DNA from: Hormiphora californensis
Taxonomy: Eukaryota; Animalia; Ctenophora
Assembly (NCBI GenBank): GCA_020137815.1
Contig: CM035358.1
Location: 7,378,001 to 7,442,000, forward strand
Direction of reading: 5' to 3'
DNA length: 64,000 nucleotides
The notes below the pieces were generated by a model, which worked only from the letters and a program-made list of their open reading frames with translations, had not been told where the DNA came from and searched no databases. Below are positions 1 to 16,674 of the stretch, piece by piece. How positions within the stretch are numbered: position 1 is the stretch's first letter; every line of letters starts with the position of its first letter. The position numbers were made by a program, and so were the translations under genes.

Positions 1-331
1 CTGAACTAGCAAGTAAAGGATTTGTTCTCAGTCAACAGTTTTGTCTAGTATGTATATATTGGTGGTGGGCGGGGCGGTTCGGGGCGGGTGGAGGGTATCG
101 CGTAGTGGGGGGAGAGAGAGAGAACGAATCTTGAACTATAGAAGGGGAGAGAGAGAGAGAGAGTTAATCTCATGCGAGTGAGAGAGAAATTTTGCGGGAA
201 ATTGAGAGATATAGAGATAAAATAGTTGCTGTTTTGTTCTCTTACTGTGAGAGAAGAAGAGAAGAAGAGAGGACTTAATAGAGGTTAAATGTAAACTATG
301 GTTTAGTCGCTGGTATAGAGGCTACAACAAA

Positions 332-431
332 ATGATGTGCTGTCGCACCGTACCATTGTTGCCATGGTGACGAAAGGGGGTCTACAGGATAATGAGGTGA
401 TGATAATCACCGCGGTGCGACAGCACATCAT
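332..431. repeat. Short inverted-repeat element (MITE-like)
   Basis: atgatgtgctgtcgcaccg (332-350) is the exact reverse complement of 413-431; TSD not resolved. Confidence 0.5.
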
Positions 432-828
432 AGTTTAAACACATTCCCATACGGTCCCGTAATCTAATTAAGGGTAGTACTGTTACACAATAGTATTGCT
501 ATGGCTTCGTTTAAAGATCCTGTCATTGGTTAAAACATCGTCATGTGACATTCCCATGTGATACACTTTTACCCAATAGAATGATCCTATTATCCAATCC
601 CTAGGGATTTCAAAATGCCCTTTTATGGACGCTACAGCCTACACCACCCCTTGGTGTACCGAGATTTAGTACATGGTGTAGAACCAACAAATTATTACAA
701 CAAATTATTATGTGCATTTCATTTAGACAAAATAACAAGATGCTTTAGATGTGTAGAACATCAATTTTAGTATATAAATATACATGGCAGATATAATTTT
801 AATACAAATTAATTAAAAAGTGTGGCAT

Positions 829-2600
829 TCACTGTTTATTTTTAACCTCACTACCCTTGACAGTTTGTGCTGCAGTTTCGGTTTCAGTTTCGGTTTCAGT
901 TTCGGTCGGTAATTGCAGTTTACTCTTCTGGAGATTGACTAGACAGCAGGACACCTTCGCAATGGCTGATACATGTGATAACATGCTATCCTCAACTTTT
1001 TTCCCAAACAGTGAATATGACTTGGCGTATCTAAAAAAATATATTATTATTCGTGGGATTCATGTACCAATATTTACTAGCATTAAAGATGTTGACTTTG
1101 TTATTAGGTTAGATCGAGCCTTACCCTATGAATCGCTCCACATGAATCCTGATCTGTGATATAGCGAAGCTCCGCTCGTTTTCAGCAGGGGTGTATTGTC
1201 TTCTACCGCTTCCGCCTCGCAGTGAAGATGGAATATTTACTGTCACACCTAAAATAAGGAAATTATAAGATATTGGAAATACTTTACACACTATTACATT
1301 ATATAATTACAGGGTTAGATAAATAGTTGCCTGGCTAGACTGTGTTTCGGGCGCCCCGGAGTTTTACGTACCTTCTGGTACAACATCATGGATATCGAAA
1401 CCCTTGTCTACCATTTATGTTGTCCCCTGGCTGAACCCCAACATCTGTACAAAAGTTACACGCAACAAACAACTCCTTGTCGCTAGTGCTTCCAGGGTAT
1501 GCCTTACTGATGTAGGCTAGTGCTCCGTCTGGAGTGGTCGCGATGAGAAACTTGACAGTGTGCCTTTCTAAAATAGTTATTTCAGTTAGTACTGAAAACG
1601 AAACTATTATTATATTAACTAACCAATTACGTACAGTCGGACCCCGATTTAGTGGCACCCCGATTTAGGGACAGGATTTTTCCCCCCGATATAGGAAATT
1701 AACCTTATATTAGTTGACCCCGATTTAGTGGACACCCCGATTTAGTGGACAAGAGCCTTTCCCCCAGGGTGTTCCTAAATCGGGGTCCGACTGTAGTTAG
1801 TTTGCTCACCTTTGTAACTAGACCAATAAAGAGCTTTCTTGTCGAAGTTTTTTGGCTGTTCAATCTCGACCTGGAAATAATCGAGGTATTGAAGTGAAAG
1901 ACTCACAAAGATAATTTTGCCTTGTTTTGCCTTTACACACTACATACCTCTGTACAGTCAACTAATAGCCGAGTTGTTGGAAACTGCCTTAAAAGTACAG
2001 GCAGGCGATACTGAACTTTTGCCAGAGAGGGGGCCTTCATGGTCACTGTAAGCTTCTTTTCCAAAACGTACAGCCAAGTTCTCCAATATCGAATTTACTG
2101 CAGTTCTCGAGAGAGATTTTTCCGGACGCTAAAACAGACATCACATGTTATGTTCAATTGTTTGATGATTGAAGTGGAGAGTGAGATTAGTTATTAGTTC
2201 AATATTGGTTAGGTTATTGGGATATTTTTTACCTCGAACATTACAGCTAAAAGTATGTCGGGTAAACCAGTCCTCAGCTTAGCTAGGGTAATTAAGACCT
2301 GTTCTGCAGCTGTGAATCGTTTCTCAGTTATCTCGCGACCATTTGGTGAAAAGAAAGAGACTTGTGTGTTGTACGTCGTCAGATAGGTCACAAGAGCAAG
2401 AAACGTGTCTCTTGTTAGGCCCGTTACTGCTGTCCACTGCAAAATTAAAAGCTTGATAATCATCAGTCATGAAACATTAGTAGATACATAATTATTGCAC
2501 AATTAAATAATCTATGACCTAAGTTCCCTGAGCTAATTTAGCTCACCTTTTCTTTGTTAAATAAGTCGAAAAGCTGTACGTCTACTGAAGTTTTTGCCAT
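829..2600 (-). pseudogene. ISL2EU/IS5-type (PIF/Harbinger group) DDE transposase, spliced, two frameshifts
   Basis: GT-AG exons ~2600-2547, 2436-2233, 2128-1928, 1871-1810, 1567-1372, 1248-1124, 1030-829. They give an HTH (EQVLITLAKLRTGLPDILLAVMF), LLVDCTE, WSSYK.RHTVKFLIATTPDG, VDKGF and RIHVERFIG (D,D,E). Frameshifts near 2090-2105 (~16 extra nt between SLSR and YWRTW) and near 1415 (extra A in ATAAATG). Confidence 0.85.
1634..1793. mobile_element. Pogo/Tc1-like MITE (CAGTCGGACCCCGATTT family)
   Basis: TIR CAGTCGGACCCCGATTTAG / CTAAATCGGGGTCCGACTG, TA on both sides; intronic. Confidence 0.85.
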
Positions 2601-2871
2601 ATTTTGCTGTTTCTAAATTGTATTTCAGTGCGTTACCGTTGCCAATAATTCTACTCGAAATTAAAATATAATTACATATATATATGAACATGTTACATGT
2701 ATGTATATAATGTTCAATGTGTAATTAAGGTATACAACATATGTGAATACAGGGCAAATAGAAACGTAATTAATGGTTAAGATAGCTAATCACAGGACTG
2801 TTTTGCACATCGAAGCCTGTCTGACGGCGACAGTGCGCTCAGATCGGGTCGGTGTCGCCAGACAGATCAGT

Positions 2872-6613
<3,742 letters not shown>

Positions 6614-6737
6614 CACTATCAGAAAACAGTCTAATATCAGGGAGGAAGAAATGTAATGCAGCAAACTAAGTAAAAAGGTTTAAAATTTAGTTGTAATAAT
6701 GTGACTGCCATTCATTATGATATGCATATGTAATATA

Positions 6738-8304
6738 CAGGGTGTCCCATATATTCTCCGGGTCGGTTGGCGAGCTGTCACGCAAAAACGGTGATAGTTG
6801 TGTGAAAACAAACTGCGGGAGTGTGCTGGATTAATTCCTTCCTAACTGATTGCTTTGTTTTAAATTTAAATTTCAAAAGTTCATTTTTCATGAATGAATA
6901 TTCCTGCCATTCATTCATGAATTCTGAAATATTGTTTACCTTGAGTAAGTAACTTTTCTTTGGCTCGAAATTGGCTTTCCAATGAGCACCATAAAATTGA
7001 AATTGAAGTACCAGGTCACATGGCAGTTGAGGAAATGCACATGCATGATTTTGGCTCTTCCTGCGACTTTCAATCAGCTAGATCACGGCTACCTTTTGTT
7101 CAACAGTTTTAAAAATTTGGGTGAACGTTGGATAAACAAAGATCTTTGCTCACAAGAAAAATCAAGGTCAAAACTCAAAGTTCATTTTTCATTTTTGGTA
7201 GTTCATTCCACTCATTCATGAACCAACATCCCTAAAGTGATGAAAAGGTATGGGTTAAATGTTTGGCCCATGCCCTGCAATGACAGAGAGGTGATGTAGC
7301 GTGTTTCTGGGCTAGTTAGTGAGTGTCCATGTGATCATGATGATACCTGACACCTCTCTTAGCCATAATTAAGCGATTTTCTCAAATTCAAGCATATGAA
7401 ATGGGTTTTCCGCCATTGGTATCGTGCAACAATGTTATGAGATCTCATAAAACCTCAAAAATTATGATTATCTCAACGAAATGAGTTGATTTATGATAGA
7501 AACGATTAAAACCGAGGTCAAAATGAATTAAACAACCATTTTCGATCATAAATCAACTCATTTCATTGAACTACTCATCATTTTTGAGGTGTTATGAGAT
7601 CTCATACCATTGTTGCACGATACCAATGGCAGAAAACCTATTTCACATGCTTGTATTTGAGAAAATCCCTTAATTATGGCTCAGAGAGGTGTCAGGTATC
7701 ATCATGATCACATGGAAACCCACTAACTAGCCCAGAAACACGCTACAACACCTCTCTGTCATTGCAGGACATGGGCCAAACATTTAACCCATACCTTTTC
7801 ATCACTTTAGGGATGTTGGTTCATGAATGAGTGGAATGAACTACCAAACATGAAAAATGAACTTTGAGTTTTGACCTTGATTTTTCTTGTGAGCAAAGAT
7901 CTTTGTTTATCCAACGTTCACCCAATATTTTAAAACGGTTGAACAAAAGGTAGCCGTGATACAGCTGATTGAAAGTCGCAGGAAGAGCCAAAATCATGCA
8001 TGTGCATTTCCTCAACTGCCATGTGACCTGGTACTTCAATTTCAATTTTATGGTGCTCATTGGAAAGACAATTTCGAGCCAAAGAAAAGTTACTTACTCA
8101 AGGTAAACAATATTTCAGAATTCATGAATGAATGGCAGGAATGTTCATTCATGAAAAATGAACTTTTGAAATTTAAATTTAAAACAAAGCAATCAGTTAG
8201 GAAGGAATTAATCCAGCACACTCCCGTAGTTTGTTTTCACACAACTATCACCGTTTTTGCGTGACAGCTCGCCAACCGACCCGGAGAATATATGGGACAC
8301 CCTG
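6738..8304. mobile_element. 1.57-kb foldback non-autonomous Tc1/mariner-like element
   Basis: TA-CAGGGTGTCCCATATATTCTCCGGG...CCCGGAGAATATATGGGACACCCTG-TA. Arms stay near-identical to the centre (~7510-7535), giving mirror ORFs 6982-7221(+) and 7821-8060(-). Confidence 0.9.
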
Positions 8305-8318
8305 TACATGATATTTGA

Positions 8319-8820
8319 TTAATCGATTATACCCCTAACTAATTCTCGATAAATATTCAGGCGAATTGTAGGCATATTTTCTTGAGTAAACGACATGTCC
8401 ATGTTAGTTACTAGACAATAAGCATATTTTAGGAGGAACACTCCACAATCATGGGAGTTTGTTTGGAGTGGGATATCTTTGACGAGATCAGTGGTCCAAT
8501 CAGCGATGGTTGTTGTTAACCGCATAAACGACCTAAAATAGAGAAATAATATTAATAAAACAAACTACGACCAGTTCAAATTCATGTATAAGTATGTAGA
8601 TTAGAAATACCACCTAACTACTGACCGTAGGGCAGACAAACACTGTGGGTTCTCTCCCAGCATCGAGTCAAAATACTTTATACTAGTTTGGCCAATATCA
8701 ATCGCAACCAATGTCCAATGGAAATTTTGGTGAATTGGTACAAGAACCATCTCGTATTCAAGCAGGTCAACCTAAAAAAATTAACTTACATTAACTTAAC
8801 ATTAATACATCTATCCCTCT

Positions 8821-8886
<66 letters not shown>

Positions 8887-8922
8887 TCTCTTTCTCTCTC
8901 TATCTCTATCTCTATCTCTATC

Positions 8923-9003
<81 letters not shown>

Positions 9004-10088
9004 AAGTTCTCTCTTTTTTACCTTAATCCATTTAGCTACTCCATTTACACCACCTTTCAACAACGCGGGATAAAAGAAGGAGTTGGTTACAAACACTCTT
9101 TTCCCTTCCCAATCTGCCCTCTCAATCAGCATATCGAGGTATGCATTGACGATCTAAAAAATGATTGTAAGAGACCACTGTGGCGTTACTAATAATCTAG
9201 TCATTATGTATCTGATTAGTTTTGTTTACCTTGTCATTAATCCAGTGATTTCCATCTAACAATTTCAAATCCGACTTATTAAGGTCATATGGGTACGAGG
9301 TAGGGGACATATTACCCGAAGGGCCTGCTTTTGATGGTGATTTGCTTGTGGAGATGTGGCCTGCTTTTGGAGATGGAGTTACATCCAATGGGCATGCTTG
9401 TGGAGATGGAGTTACACACGATGGGCCTGCTTTTGGAGATGGTGTGACATCCAATGGGCATGCTTGTGGAGATGGAGTTACACACGATGGGCCTGCTTTT
9501 GGAGATGGTGTGACATCCAATGGGCATGCTTTTGGAGATGGTGTTACACACGATGGGCCTGCTTTTGGAGATGGTGTGACATCCAATGGGCATGCTTGTG
9601 GAGATGGTGTTACACACGATGGGCCTGCTTTTGGAGATGGTGTGACATCCAATGGGCCTGCTTGTGGAGATGGAGTTACACACGATGGGCCTGCTTGTGG
9701 AGATGGAGTTACACACGATGGGCCTGCTTGTGGAGATGGTGTGACATCCGCTGGGCCTGCTTGTGGAGATGGTGTGACATCCAATGGGCCTGCTGTTGCC
9801 GGGGTTGTCTGAAACAATTTTAGAGTCTTGACTGTTTGAATAATATGTATTTAGTTTATGTGGAACTGCAAGCAACTCAAACATACAAATGAAATGTGGG
9901 AATCAATGGATACCTTATCTTCGATGATAATCTTTAGTTCATGCTTTCGGTTTTTTCGTGGTCTCTTTACACTTACAGCTGGTGTGTTACAGTTTGGATT
10001 GGTGCGTTGATGTCTGAAAATGCAAATATAAATCTCACGATGTAATAGAATTTTACAAGCTACGAGAGAGACTAATATTGAGCCTGAG

Positions 10089-10166
<78 letters not shown>

Positions 10167-10780
10167 GTAGAGAGAGAGAGAGAAAATTGTGTCTACCTCT
10201 TCAGGCTAAAGTTGTTAGAATACGCTTTTTGGCACTTCGAACATATTGATATTGATTCAGGCGAATGTACATCACGTATGTGTTGGTCAATCTGGGAAAA
10301 TTCAGTTGTAGGATAGCGACTGGCTATTTGAAATGGCGGCTAATTTGAAACAACCCCTCTACAGGCCAGCAGGTTCACCAGATTTGGATTTTTAGACATC
10401 AGTGGGCTTGTCATCTAAATCACCACCAAATCTGGTGAACCTGCTGGCCTGTAGAGGGGTTGTTTCAAATTAGCCAGTCGCTACCCTATATAACAATGTA
10501 TGCAAATAAAGATAATATCACAACTGGAGATTCATTGTATTTTGGTGCAGAAATTTCATCACCTACCGCATATTTTGACCCGATTACAGAACAACATTTA
10601 AATGTGGGCTGATATGGGCAATTATGATATAATAGACATCGGTCAGTATTGAATGTTCTTCCACAAAGATCTGCAAAAAGATAAGATAAAGGGACCATGA
10701 ACATGATTTTAGTGAGATAATGAAAATATTTATCAACGCGCTTTACCACACGAAAAATCGTATTTGTGGCACGTGCATGG
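8319..10780 (-). CDS. Zinc-finger + Pro/Ser/Thr repeat + Ulp1/SENP (peptidase C48) protease; start codon not resolved
   Basis: Exons ?-10747, 10670-10567, 10291-10197, 10013-9914, 9808-9230, 9153-9022, 8771-8614, 8532-8319. Zinc fingers FSCDLCGRTF, FKCCSVIGSKYAIDQHIRDVH, CSKCQKAYSNNFSLKRHQ. Protease WINDKIVNAYL, NSFFY, VPIHQNFHWTL (His), YFDSM (Asp), PLQTNSHDCGVF (Gln, Cys). Confidence 0.85.
9345..9795 (-). repeat. Coding 36-bp (12-aa) tandem repeat, about 12 copies, in the Ulp1 linker
   Basis: Units PLDVTPSPQAG / PSCVTPSPKAG within ORF 9197-9817. Confidence 0.9.
10311..10486. mobile_element. GGGTAGCGAC MITE in a Ulp1 intron
   Basis: ggatagcgactggcta...tagccagtcgctaccc with long internal arms; related copy at 17083-17365. 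Confidence 0.8.
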
Positions 10781-10862
10781 GGTTTTGTAAAGGGGGGCCC
10801 GGGCGTGAGTGCAGGGGTGAGAAGAAGACGCGAAGAGAGAGAGAGAGAATGAAAGAGGGGTA

Positions 10863-12046
10863 ATGCAGACAGACGAGGTGACAGACAGAGACACACACGG
10901 AGACAGACAAAAAGACTGAACATGCTGCTCATATTGTAGCACTAAGCTTACTGTGTAGGACTGCAGGAATGGTGGAGCGAAGCACCGCACAGTACTGGTG
11001 ATGCAGCTGCTACCAACGGAACGTAAGTGAAGATCGCACACGTGTATTATCCTCATTCTAGACAAGAATTGTTATTGCATTATGTTTCATAATTAAGTTA
11101 TTGATGCAAAATTCTATCAAATTGACATCAACAGACCTTCACTAAAACTACACTAACTTTGGTTTTTGAACAGGGGGAGGTACAATTGGCCAGAAATGGC
11201 GGTTAAGCGATTGCTTGAATTGTATTACGGGGACACTTTCGAGGCGCAAAAGCAGGCCCACTACAACCAGGCCCATATAAACAGGTATGTACCTATTAGC
11301 AACAACACAAAAAATTATAATATATAGCTACTATTTCTTGCCAAGTTAGACTGTTATTTGTAAACTATTTCATGTTGTAAGATGACATTACTAACCTAGA
11401 ACCCTTACTATATATTATAGTACGGCCAATCTCGTTCCTTTGACAGGTTGATAGCAGAGCAAATGAACCGAGAATACAAGATTACTTTGTCGGCCAAGGC
11501 CATAACCGACAAAGTTGCGAAAACTAAGGGCGAGTATTACCGCCACATGACGAAAGTGATAACAGGAGAGCCCGCTGGATCCGGTCCAGAACCCGTCTAC
11601 TTTAGCATCCTCCATGACAACATTGGCGAGGATGAGATACTGCAGGTGATCATTAAATGTTGTATATATAATATTACATATCGCATCTTTATTTATTGCA
11701 AGCTTAACAGAATTATCTACTGAAAAGATTCGCACTTGAATTCTCTAAACTCAGTTTAAGTCATGATATAAGTTATAGAATAATAGTAGTCCAAGGCAAT
11801 GAATTAAGTAAAGCAGTTAATAAGATACATTATCAATTACAGGTTAACCAACGTCTCACAAGCAATGTGACAAGTGGCTCTGTTGGTGTCAGGGTCGAAA
11901 AGAGGAAGGACAAACAAGAACTTGTCAAGGTCTACATGTCAATGAGAGAGGACAACCTCAAGCACCAGGAGGAGATGAGAAGGATAGCAAATGAAAGAAA
12001 TTCCTTGCTAAAAGAGTTTCTCGAACTACAAAAGAGAAGACAATAA
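10863..12046 (+). CDS. Myb/SANT-like (trihelix) DNA-binding protein with C-terminal coiled coil, Harbinger partner ORF
   Basis: Exons 11174-11284, 11446-11645, 11842-12046 read RYNWPEMAVKRLLELY...IAEQMNREYKITLSAKAITDKVAKTKGEY...HQEEMRRIANERNSLLKEFL*. 5' exons (10863-10877, ~10967-11021) are tentative. Confidence 0.7.
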
Positions 12047-12167
12047 AAGTTGTATATTTCAGTTGTTCAGTTACATCAACTTCAATGTTTTATAACTGAC
12101 ATATTTTCTATTTAAACCGGTACCCTGGCCTTCGCAAAAAATGTTTTATAACTCTGTATTTGATATT

Positions 12168-12283
12168 TAAAGTAGAACCCAGAATTAAAAAAACCAATAT
12201 TTGCCACAGTAGGGGGGTCATCAGTGTGTCCTGCGGTAATAAATATACTGGAGAGGGGCTTTTAATAGTTCGGGTTCTACTTT
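12168..12283. mobile_element. Small MITE-like inverted repeat
   Basis: aaagtagaaccc ... gggttctacttt. Confidence 0.45.
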
Positions 12284-13259
12284 AGTAATAGTAAAGTATG
12301 CAAAAAAGCTTTATTATAAAAAGCACTATAATAATGGCTCGAGTCACAATACAACTATAGTTGGTTATGTTCTAACCCTCCCTTTACATTTGTAAACACA
12401 GTCTAGCCAGGCAAGCAAACTATAATAGTACGAAGGCATGAAGACCAACTTATCAGTCATCACCAGATGTAAAACAGTGTCGCTGCTGGAATTCTGAATC
12501 TTCCGTTAAAAATTCCTTAACTGTCATTCGGAGTTGTTTGCGGAGTAACGCGCATACTATCCTTAGCGTGCGCGGCGGTCTACTTTGGAACAAGCGCGCA
12601 CGCACGATTTGGAAAATATAAGTTTTTTTAGCTCGATTTTGTTTTCAAAAATCAAATTTTTCAGTTTTTCGTGCCATTCTTTGGGGACCAGCGTTAAAAT
12701 CTGGGTGGTTGGAGTATCAGCACTCACGGTTATTTAGGGCAAAACGGTTGAGTAGTATGGCGGTTAGAGCCATCTTAGTGAAAGTACTTTTTTGGCAGCG
12801 CGTACCTGTAAACAGGCCACCAACCACCCAGATCGTAACGGCGCCCTTTCTTTGATTTTAAATTCTTTGCATTAAACTTTAAATCTGAGACCCCGGTGTC
12901 GCTTTGTTGTGTCTAGCCTCATTTACAATGTCATCAATGTGATGAATCCCTAGAATATTGTGAGAGATAGGGATACATTTCGCTGTGGTATGGCGTCATG
13001 GGGTATTACCAGTTGATTTCATATTTCACTATCAAAGATCCCCTTCTCTCATTCCTTTCCTTTATATTTAGCGACTTTTTTCGATTTAAAACAACTTCGA
13101 TCAGATCTAATTATGAAGAGAGCGTTGATTAGTATAATACTTGATTAAACGTTAGCTGCATGAGTTAATCTTGCTCTCGAGTAAATGGCCTGCCTATCAA
13201 TCATGCTCTTGCTATAAAAGTTCTGTTTTCAATAGAAATCAAACACGCGATACGTTGGT

Positions 13260-16200
13260 ATGACAGAACCTAGCTTGTTGGAACTGGACATGTTGTTTTC
13301 TAACGACGACTTGGAATCTGAGACATCGTTCATCCCCCCTGTACCACCCCTTCCTAGGCATTACAATACAGGCATTCGAGCTGTAAGTGTACACAGTTTT
13401 CTATGCGTTCTAAATTATTTTGCATTGCTCGACCTTGTTTTACCACAACCCAGACGGCGAACATATAATAAGAATTATCATATTGAGTTTCCATGGTATC
13501 ATGAGAATATATTCCTTAGCTCAAAAATGCAACTTCTTTTACACAGGTAAAAGCGTGGCATCGAGAACCAGCAACTACTGACGACCCTAATGCGTCTTTT
13601 GAAAACTATCGTATGACGGAGGATTCCGTTGAATGGTTAGTGGCGTTGTTGAAGGCTAAAGGCTTCGAGAAAAAAGACGGAGCAAATGGGCTAACTAAAC
13701 ATACTTCCATGGAAACTCGGACAAAGGTACTTCAGTTTATATATGTCTATATGACTATCTTCCCGGGGAAATACATGTAAAGTCGGATTTTTTGAAGTTG
13801 TGACCCTCCTTTTCACATGCGGCGTCGAATTTGTGCGTGACAGCGGACAACCCCCACCACGGCGTGCCCGAGGGTAGTTTAACATTTGTTTGAGTGCACA
13901 CCTCCAATTCCGGTTGTAACTGGTCGGGAAGACCTCCCTGAAGGTCGTGGCGGTGCGGGAAAAATAGGGTAGACCTGCTGCGGCTTCAGAAAATTGAGAA
14001 AAAGATAGCTATCTTTTTTTTCACTTTGAAAATAAGACGTTTTTTATTAAAAGATCCTTGATCAGTGAGATACGGTTGTCCCCCACCTATTTTTTGACGT
14101 AGAATCGAATGCCGTTGAAGTCAAATCTCTAAAATGTTGGCAAAATGGAGAAAATCACGTTTTTAGGTGTTTTTTGGTGAAAAAAGCGTTCAAACTGGTA
14201 GTAGATGATGGGATAGAGTCCCAAAAATATCATAAATCGATTTTTTGGGTCTTTTTCGCCCTAGGAAAAGAGTTTCATGAAAATCTGGTACAACGCCTAT
14301 TCTCCGTTTGCTTTCAAAGAAGCTGAATATTGCTCTAATTTAGCCAATTTTGAAGAAAAGGCGTCCAAAATGATACCAGTTGACAGGATAGAGTCCCAAA
14401 AACGTGAAAATCATCAATCTTAGGCATTTTATACCCTAGAAACAAATGGACATGGTGGTCGAATGATATTTTTTATCTCGGTAGGCCTCTGAAGTATGTG
14501 GAAATAGCCACAATGTAGAGATTGTGGTAAATTAATGTGAATAAACGTTTACCAAACCCAGAAGAGTGGCTCTTCCAGAAGACCACTCTCACTTTTCAAC
14601 CCCCACATATCAAATTGGTTAAGAAACAAAGGCGTGAGAGCCAAAACAAGTTTCCGGCACGAAAAATAAAACTCGGTGCCACCCAGGGGTGACAACTTCA
14701 AAAAATCCGACTTTATAGAGATAGCAAGCAATAGATTGGAAAAAAGTTATTGAATTCATCAAAATATTCAGGTGACACTGCATTACCTTGCACATGGGTC
14801 CGATATCACCACGTTGGCAAGGAACTATGCAATCGCAGAACCAACTTGCCGAGAGATAATTGAAGAAACGTGCTCCCAGATTTTGGAAGTTCTTCCTTGG
14901 CCTGTGCCACCTCCGTCTACTCAATTTTCTGAGATTGCCAGAAAGTTTCACCAAGTTTGTGGGTTTCCAGGTGTAGTTGGTGCTATCGATGGGACTCACC
15001 TACCCTCACAGGTTTGTTGATAAATAAATACTATGTGCATATATGCTTTTCTGAAATTTCAAATCGAGCACCACTGATTCTGAATTTAAAATGATACTTC
15101 ATACGTGTCCTATGAATATTTTTTCCCTGCCCGGGTGATTGCCGAAGGCAATCACCCGGGATGATGTTTTTAGCACGCACGTGCTAAAAAGATCATTCAG
15201 GGTTTAGAAATCAGCAGATTGTGGAGTTAACTAAAATGTCCGTCCGTCCGTCTGTCCACCGTTACACATAGCAACAAAGTCTGCTCCTTCATAAAACTTT
15301 CAACTCACACTTTGTTGATGCAACAAAGGAAATGATTAATACGCATTGTGGCGCGCAATTACTCACTCGTATCACTTCCTACTTTCACCTGAAATCACTT
15401 TGGGTACCATACAGCCGTACCATGACGTGGTAGCAAGTCTTCCAAGCATGAAACTACTATCACACGATAATTGCAAGTGACTGGTGCTAAGATGACTGAG
15501 GCCTGAGGGTAAAGGTGAAGCGCTTGGTCACCAACTAGGGTCTCCTAAGCAACTGTCTTGGATATCATAGCAACTGCCTTGGTTACCATAGCAACCACCC
15601 TGGTTACCATAGCAACTAACATCGTATCAGCCAAAAATTGCTCTTAGAGTGCAAAATTCATCGGAAAATCTGAATTTGAAGCTCATTCATCAATTTTACA
15701 CCCATCTGGGGCAGGGAAACACCGCATTATGAATACATAATGCAATAATTCTTGTTAATATAATAGTAATAATATCAAGAACATTCTACCAAAACTAATT
15801 GAAATTAGTTGGTCGGAAAGGTTATCCTACTATTTGAGCTACCTACAGAGTGCCAACTTGTCGATTTGAACAGTCCCAGTCATTTAAAAACATTGGGGTC
15901 AAAACTTGGGTGATGGGTCAAAGACCCGTCACTGTTATGATATATCCCGACCACTAAAAAGAGCACTAACAAAAGCACTAAAACACCCATAAAAGTTATA
16001 ACTGCGATTCATTCTGACGTTGCTTTTGGGAGGGGTAATGGAAACCTTTAATGCGCTTTCCAGTGCAGTGATCTAAAATAAGCTCTGAACTAAAATTAAA
16101 TCATACCTAGGTGTATGCGGATCAAAAGGAGGATTACTTCAATTATCACAAGAAGATACACTCCCTCATTCTGTTAGCGGTGGCACTCCCTGACAGATCA

Positions 16201-16674
16201 TTTTGTTTTGCTGACTTGGGACGACCGGGTCGAATGAACGACAGCAGAGTTCTCGAATTATGTGACCTGCCCTCCTGGATAAACAATCTCCCCCCTGATT
16301 TTCACCTGTTGGGGGATAAGGCGTTTGGTATATGTCAGGGGATGATGAAACCGTATGGGGCCACAGATGTCGACAACAACGATGCCTGTAAGTTGTTTAA
16401 TGACAAATTGAGCAGCACGAGGATGACGGTAGAATGTGCGTTTGGAGTGTTGAAAGGGCGGTTTCGATCTCTGATGAAACCGTTGCCATTCTATCGGGTT
16501 GAGGCTGCACAGCTGGGAATTGGGGCGGCAGTTGTACTCCACAACTGGCTCATTAGGAGGGGGGATATCTTTCAAGACGACACCAAAGACCCCCACAGAG
16601 TCTTGTGGACAACTACCAGAACCCAAATTGGCACTGGCCATGCCAAGAGAGACCGAATAAGGGACTCATTCTAG
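13260..16674 (+). CDS. Harbinger (HARBI1-like, DDE_Tnp_4) transposase, 4 exons, apparently intact
   Basis: Exons 13260-13382, 13547-13726, 14772-15011, 16111-16674: FENYRMT, VTLHYLAHG, FPGVVGAIDGTH (D), LLGDKAF (D), RMTVECAFGVLKGRFRSL (E), LHNW. Confidence 0.9.
13780..14713. mobile_element. ~930-bp non-autonomous TIR element in Harbinger intron 2
   Basis: TA-AAGTCGGATTTTTTGAAGTTGT...ACAACTTCAAAAAATCCGACTT-TA. Confidence 0.8.
15119..15756 (+). mobile_element. HINE/DINE-1-like non-autonomous Helentron
   Basis: T-run start; subTIR tttccctgccc / gggcagggaaa; 5' hairpin ccgggtgattgcc-gaa-ggcaatcacccgg; (GTCC)n microsatellite; 3' stem-loop gcattatg-aata-cataatgc before cttgtt. Confidence 0.75.

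Noticed and set aside
6982-8264. Two near-identical 79-aa ORFs and a 102-aa ORF
   Set aside because: Mirror products of the foldback element; no recognisable domain.
9312-9884. Overlapping ORFs in alternative frames and on the opposite strand
   Set aside because: By-product of a 36-bp repeat; only the TPSP frame splices in phase into Ulp1.
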